Source: Malacoraja senta
Lineage: Eukaryota
Reading direction: 5' to 3'
Assembly: GCA_038087875.1 (NCBI GenBank)
Contig: JAXLNO010000446.1
Coordinates: 124,001-188,000 of the forward strand
Length of the DNA: 64,000 nucleotides
Part shown: piece by piece, positions 12,531-24,576 of the stretch
Layout: every line of letters starts with the position of its first letter
How positions within the stretch are numbered: position 1 is the stretch's first letter
The notes under the pieces: generated by a model
Told to the model about the DNA's origin: nothing
What the model saw: only the letters and a program-made list of their open reading frames with translations
Database searches by the model: none
Made by a program: the position numbers and the translations under genes

Positions 12531-13364
12531 CTTCAGTTCACATCCAATTATTGACTGTGTTGTAAACTGGTTAATCGTACTGACTGCGGAATATCTCGGC
12601 CTGTGAATGATTCTGTAAGAAAATGATATCAGTGCTACTTAAAGAAAGCACAGGAAGAAAAATGTCCACCCAGCAACAAATTGTGCAGCTGGCCACTGCA
12701 AATCTCTCTGTTACTCTCCCTCCATTGTCACCTCTGACCAGCAGCCATTAACACAGTCCCAGCTTGCTATCTATGTGTTGGGGAAATTGCTAAAAGACCA
12801 TGACTTTTGTTAACTACTGTCATGTGAAACATGAGGTTAGTGCCATCAGTCACCGCTGTCGGCAATGGGAAAAGCAAGATCGAGCTCGTACCCACGACTT
12901 CAAAGTCAACCAAGGCTGAGAAAGACCCTGAGTGAACGGAAGGCAAATCTGTTATTTACATTACTGTCTCTCAGCCATTCCTCCCTCTTCCCCGCGTTTC
13001 ACTTCACAGACTCCTTGCTGACCCCGTTAATGTTGTCAGTCCACAGTCCAACTCCTGTGCTCAATCAAACCTCTGTACAGACGCCCAAAATACATTACAT
13101 GCTGGTCCATAAAGTGGAGGCTTGCCACATGGACATCCCATTATGTCTGTGACCAGTGGAACGTGATGGAAATCAAAAATCTGAACTGCTTCTAACATTC
13201 AAACGAGTCCTTTCCGACTGGAAACCAGAAGGGCACCAGCATGCAGCAAAAGAGTTCAGGAGAGCTGTTTAACATGGTTCTCAAATCTGCTCTCTAACTT
13301 TCACATCTTATTTACGATTGTGGAAGCTTAAAATTTATATGATGACATTGCAGAAATGAGGGAA

Positions 13365-14930
13365 ATAGAAAAGTGCAGCACAGGAACAGGCCCGTCCATG
13401 TCCATGTCCATGTCCAAACAATGTCCATGCTAAACATGATGTCAAGTTAAACTAATCTCTGCTTACAGGTGATCCATATTCCTCCATTCCCTGTATATTC
13501 ATGTGCCTATTTTTTTTATTTTATATCGATGTATGGTAATCTAATTTTTTTTCTCTGTAAAGCACTTTGGCTTCAACACAATTTGATTTAAAAGTGCTAT
13601 ATAAATAAAAATTACTTACTTACTTACTTACTTACTATCTAAAAGCCTCTTGTATTGAAGTATTGCATACAGTTCGGGTTGCCCCATTATAGGAAGGATG
13701 TGGAGGCTTTGGGAAAGGGTGCAGGGGAGCTTTACCAGAATGATGCCTGGATTTGGGGGCGCTAGCTATCGGGAGAGGCTGGACAGACTTGGATTGTTTT
13801 CTCTGAGGGGACCTGATGGAAGTATATAAAATTATGAGAGCCATAGGTAGAGCCATAGAGTGATACGGCATGGAAACAAGCCCTTCGCCCCAACTTATCC
13901 ACGCTGACCAACATGTCCCATCTACACTAGTCCCACCTGTCTACGTTTCTCCCATATCCCTCTAACCTATCCTATTCATGTACCTGGATAGGGTAGACAG
14001 TCACAATCTTTTCCCAAGAGGGAAAAATCAAATACTAGAGGGCATAGCTTTAAGGTGAGAGGGGCAAAGTTTGAGCGGGCATGTTTTTTACACAGAGAAG
14101 GATGAGTGCATTGAACGGGCTGCTCGGGGTGGTGGTAGAGACAAATACGATAGCAGTGTTTAAAAGTTTTTGGATTTACAATCTAAAGAAGGTGTCTTGA
14201 CCCAAACATCACCTATCCATGTTTATAGACACAAAGTACTGGAGCAACTCAGCAGGTTGGGCTCTGGTGAAAAGGAACAGGTGATGTTTCAGGTCGGACA
14301 CCTTGTTCTGACGCGCCGTGTTACTCCAGCATTTTGTGTCTATCTTTGCTATGTCATAGCCGTACAGTGTTGAAACAGGCCCTTCAGCCTAACTTGCCCA
14401 CACTGACCTGCATGTACCATCTACACTAGCCCCACCTGCCTGCGTTTGGCCCATATCCCTCTATCCTGTCCTATCCATGTACCTGTCTAAATGTCTCTTA
14501 TACGTTGGGATGGTCCCTGCCTCAACCTCCTCCTCCAGCAGCTCATTCCATACACCTACCACCCTTTGTGTGAAAAAGTTACCCCTCAGATTCCTATTAA
14601 ATCTTTTCCCCTTCACCTTAAACCCATGTCCTCTGGTCCTCGATTCCCCAACTCTGGGCAAAAGACTGTGCATCTACCCAATCTACTCCTCACATGATTT
14701 TATACAGCTCTGTGAGATCATCCCTCATCATCTTGCACTCCAGGAAATAGAGTCCCAGCCTACTCACCCTCTCCCTACCGCCAAGACCCTTGTGTCCTGG
14801 CAGCATCCTTGTAACTCTTCTCTGCACCATTTGCAACTTAACATCTTTCCTATAACATGGTGCCCAAAACTGAACACGATGCTCTAAATGTGGTCTCATC
14901 AACGTCTTATACAACTGCAATGTCTCAAAT
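13365..14930. mobile_element. Nested CR1 3' fragments on both strands, with an L2-type 3' tail at about 13511-13635
   Basis: CR1 C-terminal peptides (14461-14947, minus strand); TGTAAAGCACTTTG..AAAGTGCTATATAAATAAA followed by (ACTT)n is an L2-clade-type end. Confidence 0.75.
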
Positions 14931-14972
14931 AACTTATAAACTAGCATCTACAGTTCCTTCCTGCACATCAAT

Positions 14973-15221
14973 CATGTTCTCCAGATATGCTGCCTGACCT
15001 ACTGAGTTACTCCAGCACTCTGTGAAACATCACCGATCCATGTTCTCCACAGATGCTGCCTGACCCGCTGAGTTACTCCAGCACTCTGTGAAACGTCACC
15101 TATCCATGTTCTCCACAGATGCTGCCTGACCCGCTGAGTTACTCCAACACTCTGTGAAACGTCACCTATCCATGTTCTCCACAGATGCTGCCTGACCCGC
15201 TGAGTTACTCCAGCACTCTGT
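14973..15221. repeat. 66-bp tandem array (about 3.7 units)
   Basis: Unit CATGTTCTCCACAGATGCTGCCTGACCCGCTGAGTTACTCCAGCACTCTGTGAAACGTCACCTATC; 22-aa periodic ORF. Confidence 0.95.
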
Positions 15222-15316
15222 CCTTCTGTGACCACAGGTTCAGCATGGGGTGCACCATCATACCACCGCACAAACGAACATAAGAAGTGTCAATAATCAT
15301 ACTTATAAACTAGCAT

Positions 15317-17230
15317 CTGGCAGGGAACATAAAAACTGACTGAAAGAAAACTGGCAGGGAACATAAAAACTGACTGCAAAAGTTTTTATAGATATGTGAA
15401 GAGAAAGAGATTAGTTAAAACAAATGTAGGTCCCTTGCAGTCAGAAACAGGTGAATTGATCATGGGGAACAAGGATATGGCGGACCAATTGAATAACTAC
15501 TTTCGTTCCGTCTTCACTAAGGAAGACATAAATAATCTGCCGGAAATAGCAGGGGACCGCGGGTCAAAGGAGATGGAGGAACTGAGTGAAATCCAGGTTA
15601 GTCGGGAAGTGGTGTTGGGTAAATTCAATGGATTAAAGGCCGATAAATCACCAGGGCCAGATAGGCTGCATCCCAGAGTACTTAAGGAAGTAGCTCCAGA
15701 AATAGTGGATGCATTAGTGATCATTTTTTCAAAACTCTTTAGATTCTGGAGTCGTTCCTGAGGATTGGAGGGTAGCAAACGTAACCCCACTTTTTAAGAA
15801 GGGAGGGAGAGAGAAAACGGGGAATTACAGACCAGTTAGTCTAACATCGCTAGTGGGGAAACTGCTAGAGTCAGTTATTAAAGATGGGATAGCAGCACAT
15901 TTGGAAAGTGGTGAAATCATTGGACAAAGTCAGCATGGATTTACAAAAGGTAAATCATGTCTGACGAATCTTATAGAATTTTTCGAGGATGTAACTAGTA
16001 GAGTGGATAGGTGAGAACCAGTGGACGTGTTGTATCTGGACTTTCAGAAGGCTTTCGACAAGGTCCCACATAAGAAATTAGTATACAAACTTAAAGCACA
16101 CGGTATTGGGGGTTCAGTATTGATGTGGATAGAGAACTGGCTGGCAAACAGGAAGCAAAGAGTAGGAGTAAACGGGTCCTTTTCACAATGGCAGGCAGTG
16201 ACTAGTGGGGTACCGCAAGGCTCAGTGCTGGGACCCCAGCTATTTACAATTTATATTAATTAACTGGATGAGGGAATTGAAGGCAACATCTCCAAGTTTG
16301 CGGATTACACTAAGCTGGGGGGCAGTGTTAGCTGTGAGGAGGATGCTAGGAGATTGCAAGGTAACTTGGATAGGCTGGGTGAGTGGGCAAATGTTTGGCA
16401 GATGCAGTATAATGTGGATAAATGTGAGGTTATCCACTTTGGTGGCAAAAACAGAAAAGCAGACTATTTTCTAAATGGTGGCCGATTAGGAAAAGGGGAG
16501 ATGCAGCGAGACCTGGGTGTCATGGTACACCAGTCATTGAAAGTAGGCATGCAGGTGCAGCAGGCAGTGAAGAAAGCGAACGGTATGTTAGCTTGCATAG
16601 CAAAAGGATTTGAGTATAGGAGCAGGGAGGTTCTACTGCAGTTGTACAGGGTCTTGGTGAGACCACATCTGGAGTATTGCGTGCAGTTTTGGTCTCCAAA
16701 TCTGAGGAAGGACATTATAGCCATAGAGGGAGTGCAGAGAAGATTCACCAGACTGATTCCTGGGATGTCAGGACTTTCATATGAAGAAAGACTGGATAGA
16801 CTTGGCTTATACTCGCTAGAATTCAGGAGATTGAGAGGGGATCTTATAGAAACGTGCAAAATTCTTATGGGGTTGGACAGGCTAGATGCAGGAAGATTGT
16901 TCCCAATGTTGGGGAAGTCCAGGACAAGGGGTCACAGCTTAAGGATAAGGGGGAAATCCTTTAAGACCGAGATGAGAAAAAACGTTTTCACACAGAGAGT
17001 GGTGAATCTCTGGAACTCTATGCCACAGAGGGTAGTTGAGGCGAGTTTATTGGCTATATTTAAGAGGGAGTTAGATGTGGCCCTTGTGGCTAAAGGGATC
17101 AGGGGGTATGGAGAGAAGGCAGGTACGGGATACTGAGTTGGATGATCAGCCATGATCATATTGATTGGCGGTGCAGGCTCGAATGGCCGAATGGCCTACT
17201 CCTGCACCTATTTTCTATGTATCTATGTAT
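15317..17230 (+). pseudogene. 5'-truncated young CR1 LINE (RT with frameshift and stops)
   Basis: ORFs 15396-15761, 16021-16263 and 16354-17136 with [24 protein letters not shown]; a 26-nt segment is duplicated at the 5' junction. Confidence 0.96.
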
Positions 17231-17272
17231 ACATTGCATGAGGCTCAGTGAGAAGATAAGCACATTAGTACA

Positions 17273-19757
17273 TTTTTTCTTTTTTTTCTTTTTATTTATT
17301 AGAAGTACATTACATTACAACCAATTACATTAGTACTCGTCACGTATATCTTATTACAATTAATGTACTCCGTCATTTTTTACACTAATAAAGGAAAAGG
17401 ATGAGATTGAGAGAAAGGTGAAAGTGAAGGAAAAAAGTGAAAGTGTAAAAAACGTGACAACAAAAAAGAACAAAGACCCTATAAGAAAGATTTAAAAAAA
17501 AAAGAATTAAGAAATAGACCCTAAAAAAGAAGAAAAAAGAGAAAGAGGGAAAAGAGAAAAACAAATACTTTGTTGTAAGCATCACGCAAATGGGATATAC
17601 CAACTCTCCAGCTTTCATCCCCCCTTACCTGACCTCAGGTTTTTTTAAAGTACTTTTGCACCCTATACTTGTAATAATTCTATAAATGCAGACCACGTCA
17701 GGTGGAAGTGATCTGGTTTACCTGCCAGGAGGAGTCTTATCTCTTCTGTTTCGAACATATTTGAAATCCACATGTTTATAGTTGGTATTGGAGCGTTTTT
17801 CCAGAATTTTAGGATTCACTTTTTTCCAGTTATTAACCCATAGTCTATTAATTTCTTTTGGAACACATTTAGTTCTGGACTATCTTCCGTTGTTCCAAAG
17901 ATAATCCATTCTGCTTGGGGTATCAGTTTTATATTAAATAATTTTGTAAAGATTTCAAAAATTTCAATCCAAAATTTTAGAATTTTTGTACAGAAAACAA
18001 ATGAGTGCGCTATAGTAGCTTCTTGAGATTGACATTTATCACAAATGGATGATACATTTGGGAAAATTTTATTAATTTTAGTTTTGGAATAATATAATCT
18101 ATGTAAAATTTTAAATTGTATTAAAGTGTGTCTTACATTAATCAAACATTTATGCACGTTTAATAAATGTTCATTCCACCTTTCCTTTGAGATTTTAATA
18201 GCTAATTCTTGTTCCCAGTCTCTTCTAATACCTTCCGTAGATGGTATTTCTACATTTAAGATAATATTATACAAATATGATATTAAGTTTGCTGATTCAG
18301 CTTTTTATCTGCATTGCTTCATCCAATACATCTGCTGGGCTATATATTGATCTTTTGTATATTTTTTCAAATAGTCACATATTTGAAAATATTTAAAATA
18401 TTGATTATTTCCCAGTTTATATTTTATTTGTAATTGTTGGAATTATAGTAATTTTCCAGTTTCATACAAGTCACCGAACATTTTAATTCCTAGTCTATCC
18501 CATTGTATAAAAGATTTGTCTGTAATAGAGGGATTAAACGAAGGGTTATTAACTATTGGAGATAAAAGCGATAGATTTCTTAATTTTAAATTTTGTTTTA
18601 TTTGTTTCCAAGTTCTGATTGTACTATGTATAATTGGGTTTTTGTTATAATTTATGTTATTCAGTTTCATTGGTGAGAGGAGGATCGCTCCAATGTTTCC
18701 AGAGGAGCAGTCCTCTCTCTCCATTACAATCCAGTCCACTTGCTGGGCAGAGTTGTCCATCAGTTGAATCATATTTTTAATATTTAGTGACCAATAATAA
18801 TACATGAAGTTAGGGAGTGCTAAGCCCCCTAATACTTTAGCTTTGTTCAAGTGTGTTCTTTGTATTCTATGTGATTTATAGTCCCATATAAAATTAGTAA
18901 TGTCTGATTCCAGTTTTAAAAAAAACTTCTTTGGTAGGTATATAGGAATCGGTTGAAATAGGTATAAAATTTGTGGTAAGAAGATCATTTTTATTGCATT
19001 TATTCGGCCTATTAAAGACATCGGGAGCGTTTTCCAAAATTTAATTCGTGTATTTAATTTATTAAGTAAAGGATCAAAATTTGCTTTAAACATGCCTTGA
19101 TATGTTCTAGTGATTTCAAAACCCAAGTATTTAAATTTTTCTGTAGCTATTTTAAAAGGGAATTTTAAAAGATGTGTTGAGTCTTTCGGTTTTATTGACA
19201 TAATTTCACTTTTATTCCAATTTATTCTGTATCCAGAAAAAGATCCAAAGTCCTCAATTAAAATTAATATATTTGGTATAGTAATTTGAGGTTTTGTAAT
19301 GTACAATAATATATCATCCGCGTATAAAGATATTTTATTATTTGAATATTTAGTATTATACCCATGGATATCTGGATGTGTTCTAATTTTTTCTGCTAAC
19401 GGTTCAATTATGAGAGCAAACAACTGTGGTGATAATGAGCATCCTTGTCTATTTCCCTTTGATAGTTGAAATTTCCAAGGATAATATGTTATAAGTTAAT
19501 ATTCTAGCTGTAGGTTTATTATATAATAGTTTAATCCATTAAATAGAATTCTCTCCCAGTTGGAATTTTTGTAATACTTTATCCATATAATTCCATTCTA
19601 CTTGGTCAAATGCTTTTTCAGCATCCAGCGAAATAATTGATCATTCTTGTTCTTCAAATTTATGTGAGTGCATTATATTGAGTAGACGTCTCATATTATT
19701 AGATGAATATCTCTTAGGGATAAACCCCGTCTGATCTGGGTTTATTAGTTTACTAAT
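17273..19757 (-). pseudogene. 5'-truncated L1 LINE (ORF2 RT/C-terminus plus 3' UTR), disrupted
   Basis: ORFs 18443-19423 (SLYADD) and 17816-18274 (CDKC..H..C) are highly similar to 52662-54929; poly-T at left; probable TSD ATTAGTA(C/A)ATT. Confidence 0.95.
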
Positions 19758-19784
19758 TAGTAAATTAACCCAGTAAATGAACTG

Positions 19785-20073
19785 CAGTACAGTGGCACAG
19801 CAGGTAGAGCCATTACTTCAAGGCACCAGAGACCTCGGTTCAACCCTGAGTTCCAGCACAATCTATGCAGAGTTTGCACGTTCTCCCTGTGACCGCGTGG
19901 ATTTCCTCTGGGTGTTCCGGTTTCCAGCCCATATCCCAAGGACGTGCGGGTTTGTAGGTTAATTGACCTCTGTAAATTGGCCCGTGCGTGTAGGGAGTGG
20001 ATGAAAGAGTGGGATAACATAGAGCTAGTGTGAACAGCTGATCGATGGTCGGCATGGACACGGTGGGCCGAAG
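19785..20073 (+). mobile_element. tRNA-derived V-SINE (HE1-like)
   Basis: A-box TGGCACAGCAGG, B-box GGTTCAACCC, V-domain GAGTTTGCACGTTCTCCC..GGGTGTTCCGGTTTCC, and a CR1-shared tail GTGGGCCGAAG. Confidence 0.88.
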
Positions 20074-20149
20074 TACCCACCTTTTAAATGCCTATCTAAA
20101 AGCTTCGGCCCACCATGTCTTTCAATTTAAAAAAACGGTAAATGTGTTT

Positions 20150-20900
20150 AAATGAACATGGAACACAGAACATTGAACAGTGCAGCACAGGACCAGGCCC
20201 TGTGGCCCACAATGTCTGTGCCGAACATGATGCCAAGACTCGACAATAGGTGTAGGAGTAGGCCATTCGCCCTTCGACCCAGCACCGCCATTCACTGTGA
20301 TCATGGCTGATAATCCCCAATCAGTACCCCGTTCCTGCCTTCTCCCCATATCCCCTGACTCCGCTATCCTTAAGAGCTCTATCTAACTCTCTCTTAAAAG
20401 CATCCAGAGAACCGGCCTCTGAGACAGAGAATTCCACAGACTCACAACTCTGTGTGGAAAAAGTGTTTCCTCGTCTCAGTTCTAAAGAGACGAGGAAACA
20501 CTCTTAAACTGTGGCCCCTGGTTCTGGACTCCCCCAACATCAGGAACATGTTTCCTGCCTCTCGCGTGTCCAATCCCTTAATAATCTTATATGTTTCAAT
20601 AAGATACCCTCTCATCCTTCTAATTTCCTCGATCCACACATCATCCATATCGCTCCGTTCCCTGGAATTCTACGTGCCGAGATAAAATCCTCTAAAACGC
20701 CAGTATCATCTGCCGCCACCACCACCCCCTCCACTCATCACTCCTCCCACACATCTCCATTAAACTTTCCCCTTATCGCTGTAAAACTATTCCCTCTAGC
20801 CTTTGATATTTCCACTCTGCCAGAAAGTTTCTGACTGTCTAGCCAATTAATGCTTGTCATTTTTTAATACTTCCATCAGGTAATAGGCTGTAGGTATCAT
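20150..20900 (-). mobile_element. CR1 3' fragments
   Basis: ORF 20442-20648 (RGYLIETYKIIKGLD..ESRTRGHSLR) and CR1 tails. Confidence 0.85.
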
Positions 20901-21459
20901 CATGCGGTGTGAAACAATGTGCTTGTAGGAACAAGAGGCAAGCAGGAGTTCTAACAAGTTTTTCCTGGCGTTTGGACAATAATCTTTCAGTATTTCTAGC
21001 AGCATGCCACCCATCAACATCTGGATTATCTTGCAGGCTTGTTGAAAGCTCACATTCCAGAGTGCACAAGGCCTGTTATTTCTTGATTTGTGTTAAATTT
21101 CTTGTTACTTCGGCCCGTAATGTCTGTGCCAAACATGATGCCATTAAACTGATCTCATCCGCCTGCACGTGATCCATATCCCTCCATTGCCTGCACTTCA
21201 ACATGCCTATCTAAACGCTTCTTAAGCACCACCATGGCATCTGCTTCCTCCACCACCCCTGGCATCATGTTCCAGCCCCACAGCACTCTCCATGTAAAAA
21301 ACATTTGGGCAAGTATACTTTTGATTGTGTCAGTTTGAGGGTAACGTTGTGTGAAATATCCTCTAAATTTCTCCAAAGGTCACTAGTTATTCTGAGGTTG
21401 GACACTAGACCCGAGGGTTGATGATAGGTGTTGATCCTCTAAAGATTCCAGTAAATCAC

Positions 21460-22335
21460 ATGGAAAGCTTCTGCTCACTCAGAATGTTGAGGAAATGCAG
21501 CATTTGCCAAATGCTATTCAACTTCTACAGATGTACATTGGGGAGAATACTGACTGGTTGCATCAGGGCCAGGATTGGTAAATTGAACACCCAAGAAGCA
21601 CAATACAGAGAATGGTGGACACTGCCCAGTCCATCATAGGTACTGGCCTCACCATTGAAGAGATCTGGAGGATGGCAGCATAAAAAGGCAGCCAATACCA
21701 TCAAAGATCAACCTCACCCTGGCCACGCTCCCATTGATTATACATTCACACTCACCAAGACGACCGGAGACCCTTTTCTTCTGCAGCCTTCATCCGCCTT
21801 CCCAGCCGTTGTGACGCTCCACTAAGGTCAGCCATCGTCCTCTGCCTGTTCCACCGTTGAGGTCTTGGTTGGATTGCTCTTTGTCAGAGACCTCCACCTC
21901 GATCTTACCGCCATGGGTGGCCCTACCAGGAGCCTAGCTCCAGACGGCATCGCACTCAGGATCTCAGGACCACACAAGCTTCTCCACCACGACAAGGTGA
22001 CAATCCACGGAGAAGTACAGGAGCCTGAAAACCGTGACCTCCAGTTTCAGGAACAGCTTCCTCCCAGCGCCCATCAGGCTGTTGAACACTGCACAACACA
22101 GACCTCACCCCTATCTTGCACCGCTCTGCTCTGGACTTTGTATAAGGTTGCACTATGGACTTCAGATTGCACTATTATGGTGTAGCTATTGAGTATAACT
22201 GATAATTTATTGCATTATTGATTATTGATATTTATTTGTCATTGTTTCGTGTTAATGGGTCTGTAACGCTGCAGCAAGTAAGCATTTCATTGTTCAGTTT
22301 GTGGTGCATATTAAGCATTATTGACTCTTGACACA
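21460..22335 (+). mobile_element. Old Rex1-like 3' fragment interrupted by an RTE-derived SINE
   Basis: LRMLRK..LFNFYRCT..ILTGCI peptide; tail GCTGCAGCAAGTAAG..TTCATTGTTC..(CTCTTGA). Confidence 0.7.
21756..22012 (-). mobile_element. RTE-5'UTR-derived short element, partial
   Basis: Reverse complement of 50421-50680; both copies begin CTCCGTGGATTGTCACCTTGTC. Confidence 0.75.
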
Positions 22336-22473
22336 CAATGCCCAAACTACACACCTCTCCGACTGTCATAATATGACACAGAAGCTGTGTGCTTGTTTAC
22401 CGTATATCATTGATTCTGTCAGTTTGAAGGTAACAATGTTTAAATGATCGTCTTTACATTCCTGTCTCCACAG

Positions 22474-22532
22474 CCATCCGTGGGTTAGCAGATATCGTGA
22501 GGTTGGATACCAGACTGAAATAGGGGTTGGTG
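22474..22532 (+). other. Candidate 59-nt exon of an unidentified transcript
   Basis: Acceptor TCTTTACATTCCTGTCTCCACAG, donor GTG|GTAAGT, and one open frame (HPWVSRYREVGYQTEIGVG). No homolog recognised. Confidence 0.3.
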
Positions 22533-22633
22533 GTAAGTGTTATTCTGCTAAAGACTTTAATGCATCAATTAATATTAACAGCCAGCAGGTGTCCATGTTG
22601 GAAGCTATGTGAAGAACACAGCAATGAATAAAG

Positions 22634-23125
22634 TAGAAACAAGGAACTGCTTCTGCTGGTTTACACAAAAGGATATGACCTTTCAAGTACTGGAGTAACT
22701 CAGCGGGTCAGGCAGCACCTCTGGAGAACATGGATAGGTGACGTTTCGGGCCAGATCCTTACAATCACACTGAAGAAGGATCCCAATCCGAAACGTCACC
22801 TCTCCATATTCTCCACAGATGCTGCGTGGCCCGCTGAGTTACTCCAGCACTCTGTGAAACGTCACCTATCCATGTTCTTCATAGATGCTGCGTGGCCTGC
22901 TGCGTTACTCCAGCACACTGTGAAACGTCACCTATCCATGTTCTCCACAGATGCAGCCTGACCCGCTGAGTTACTCCAGCACTCTGTGAAACGTCACCTA
23001 TCCATGTTCTCCACAGATGCAGCCTGACCCGCTGAGTTACTCCAGCACTCTGTGAAACGTCACCTATCCATGTTCTCCAGGGATGCTGCCTAACCCGCTG
23101 GGTTACTGCAGCATTTTGTGTTATT
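22634..23125. repeat. Palindromic Penelope-like end with a hammerhead motif (22770-22797) whose right arm is expanded to about five 66-bp units
   Basis: Left arm 22690-22748 is the reverse complement of the right-arm unit; CTGAAGA-A-GGAT-ccca-ATCC-GAAA-CGTC lies at the centre. Confidence 0.75.
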
Positions 23126-23569
23126 TTCCAAGTAAATGGGACTAGCTTAGATGGGGCATCTGGGTGGGCACGGACTAGTTGGGCCAAAGGACCAGTTTCC
23201 CAGCTGTATGGCTCTGTAACTCTGATTCGAAGTCAGTGTGATCCATTAAGTCAGGTTCACAGTCGGCTGGGATACAACTGAAACACCAAAGGCAAATCAT
23301 GTGTTTTTTCTGGAAAGAATTCTTCAGGCTGTTGCCAAACCAAATACACCTTCAGGAGGTGAACTGCTGCACAATTCCAGTCTAAGTAGTGTTTGTTATG
23401 TAATTTTAACTGACTGAATCCAATATTATTTCAACATCTGTTTCAGATGGAAGTAAAGCAAGCTTACAGTATTCATTAGGTCTGGCCTGTGTTCTTGGCT
23501 ACCCTTTCACAAGGCTAGAGTGCAAAATACAAACCCAATGAGACCAGCCCGTTGAACATTGATCAAAGA

Positions 23570-24190
23570 TAGACATAAAATGCTGGAGTAACTCAGTGGG
23601 TCAGGCAGCATCTGTGGAGAACATGGATAGGTGACGTTTCACAGAGTGCTGGAGTAACTCAGCGGGTCAGGCAGCATCTGTGGAGCGAAGGAAATGGGCA
23701 ACCTTTCGGGCCGAAACCCTGAAGGAAATAGGCAACGTTTTGGGCCGAAACCCGGAAGGGTTTTGGGCCGAAACGTTGCCTATTTCCTTCGCTCTATAGA
23801 TGCTGCCGGAACATGGATAGGTGACGTTTCACAGAGTGCTGGAGTAACTCCGTGGGTCGTAGAAAATAGAAACATAGAAAATAGTTGCAGGAGGAGGCCA
23901 TTCGGCCCTTCGGCCAGCACCGCCATTCATTGTGATCATGGCTGATCATCCCCAATCAATAACCCGTGCCTATAGAAACATATAGTCTATATGTTTGGAG
24001 GCAGGCAGCATCTCTAGCGAACATGTGGTCAGGCAGCATCTCTGGAGAACATGGATAGGTGACGTTTCGGATTGGAACCTTCCTACAGACTGACCTGAAA
24101 CGTTCCCTATCCAGAGATGCTGTATGACCAGCTGAGTTACTCCAGCACTTTGTGTCTTTTTTTTATAAACCAGCATCTGCAGTTCCATGT
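23570..24190. repeat. Reverse-orientation 66-bp units, nested palindromic Penelope-like ends and a CR1 tail piece
   Basis: GCTGGAGTAACTCAG..GGCAGCATCTGTGGAGAACATGGATAGGTGACGTTTCACAGA units; GGGCCGAAAC three times with inverted arms. Confidence 0.7.
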
Positions 24191-24327
24191 GTGATTAATG
24201 ATCACTTCTCTTGTACGGTTTTTCATTGCAATGCACTGAGCCACAACGGTGTCACAACAACCCTTAAAAATAAAAAGGCAATCAACTTTTAAGAGCAATG
24301 ACTGAAATGGAATCTCATTTTTGTTTG

Positions 24328-24576
24328 AAGGAAGTGGGAGCAGAGGAGGTTTGCCAGAATACTGCCTGGATTAGTGGGCATTAGCTGCATGGGGAGGTTG
24401 GAAAGAGCTGGATTGTTTTCTCTGGAATGCTGGAGGCTAAAGGGAGACCTGATAGAAGTTTATAAAATTATGAGAGGCACAGATAGGGTAAACAGTCAGA
24501 ACCTTTTTCTCAGGGTGGAAATGTCAAAGACTAGAGGGCATAGTTATAAGGTGAGAGTGGCAACGTTTAAAGGAGA
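24328..24576 (+). mobile_element. CR1 fragment interrupted by the second Helitron
   Basis: ORF 24374-24580 (GLFSLE..KGDLIEVYKIMRG..TRGH). Confidence 0.85.

Noticed and set aside
20847..21069. Protein-like minus-strand ORFs (SFQQACKIIQMLMGG...)
   Set aside because: No recognisable domain, no convincing splice sites, and one end runs into CR1-derived sequence.
22474..22540. Ig/TCR J segment
   Set aside because: No F/W-G-x-G motif in the open frame and no heptamer-nonamer RSS upstream.
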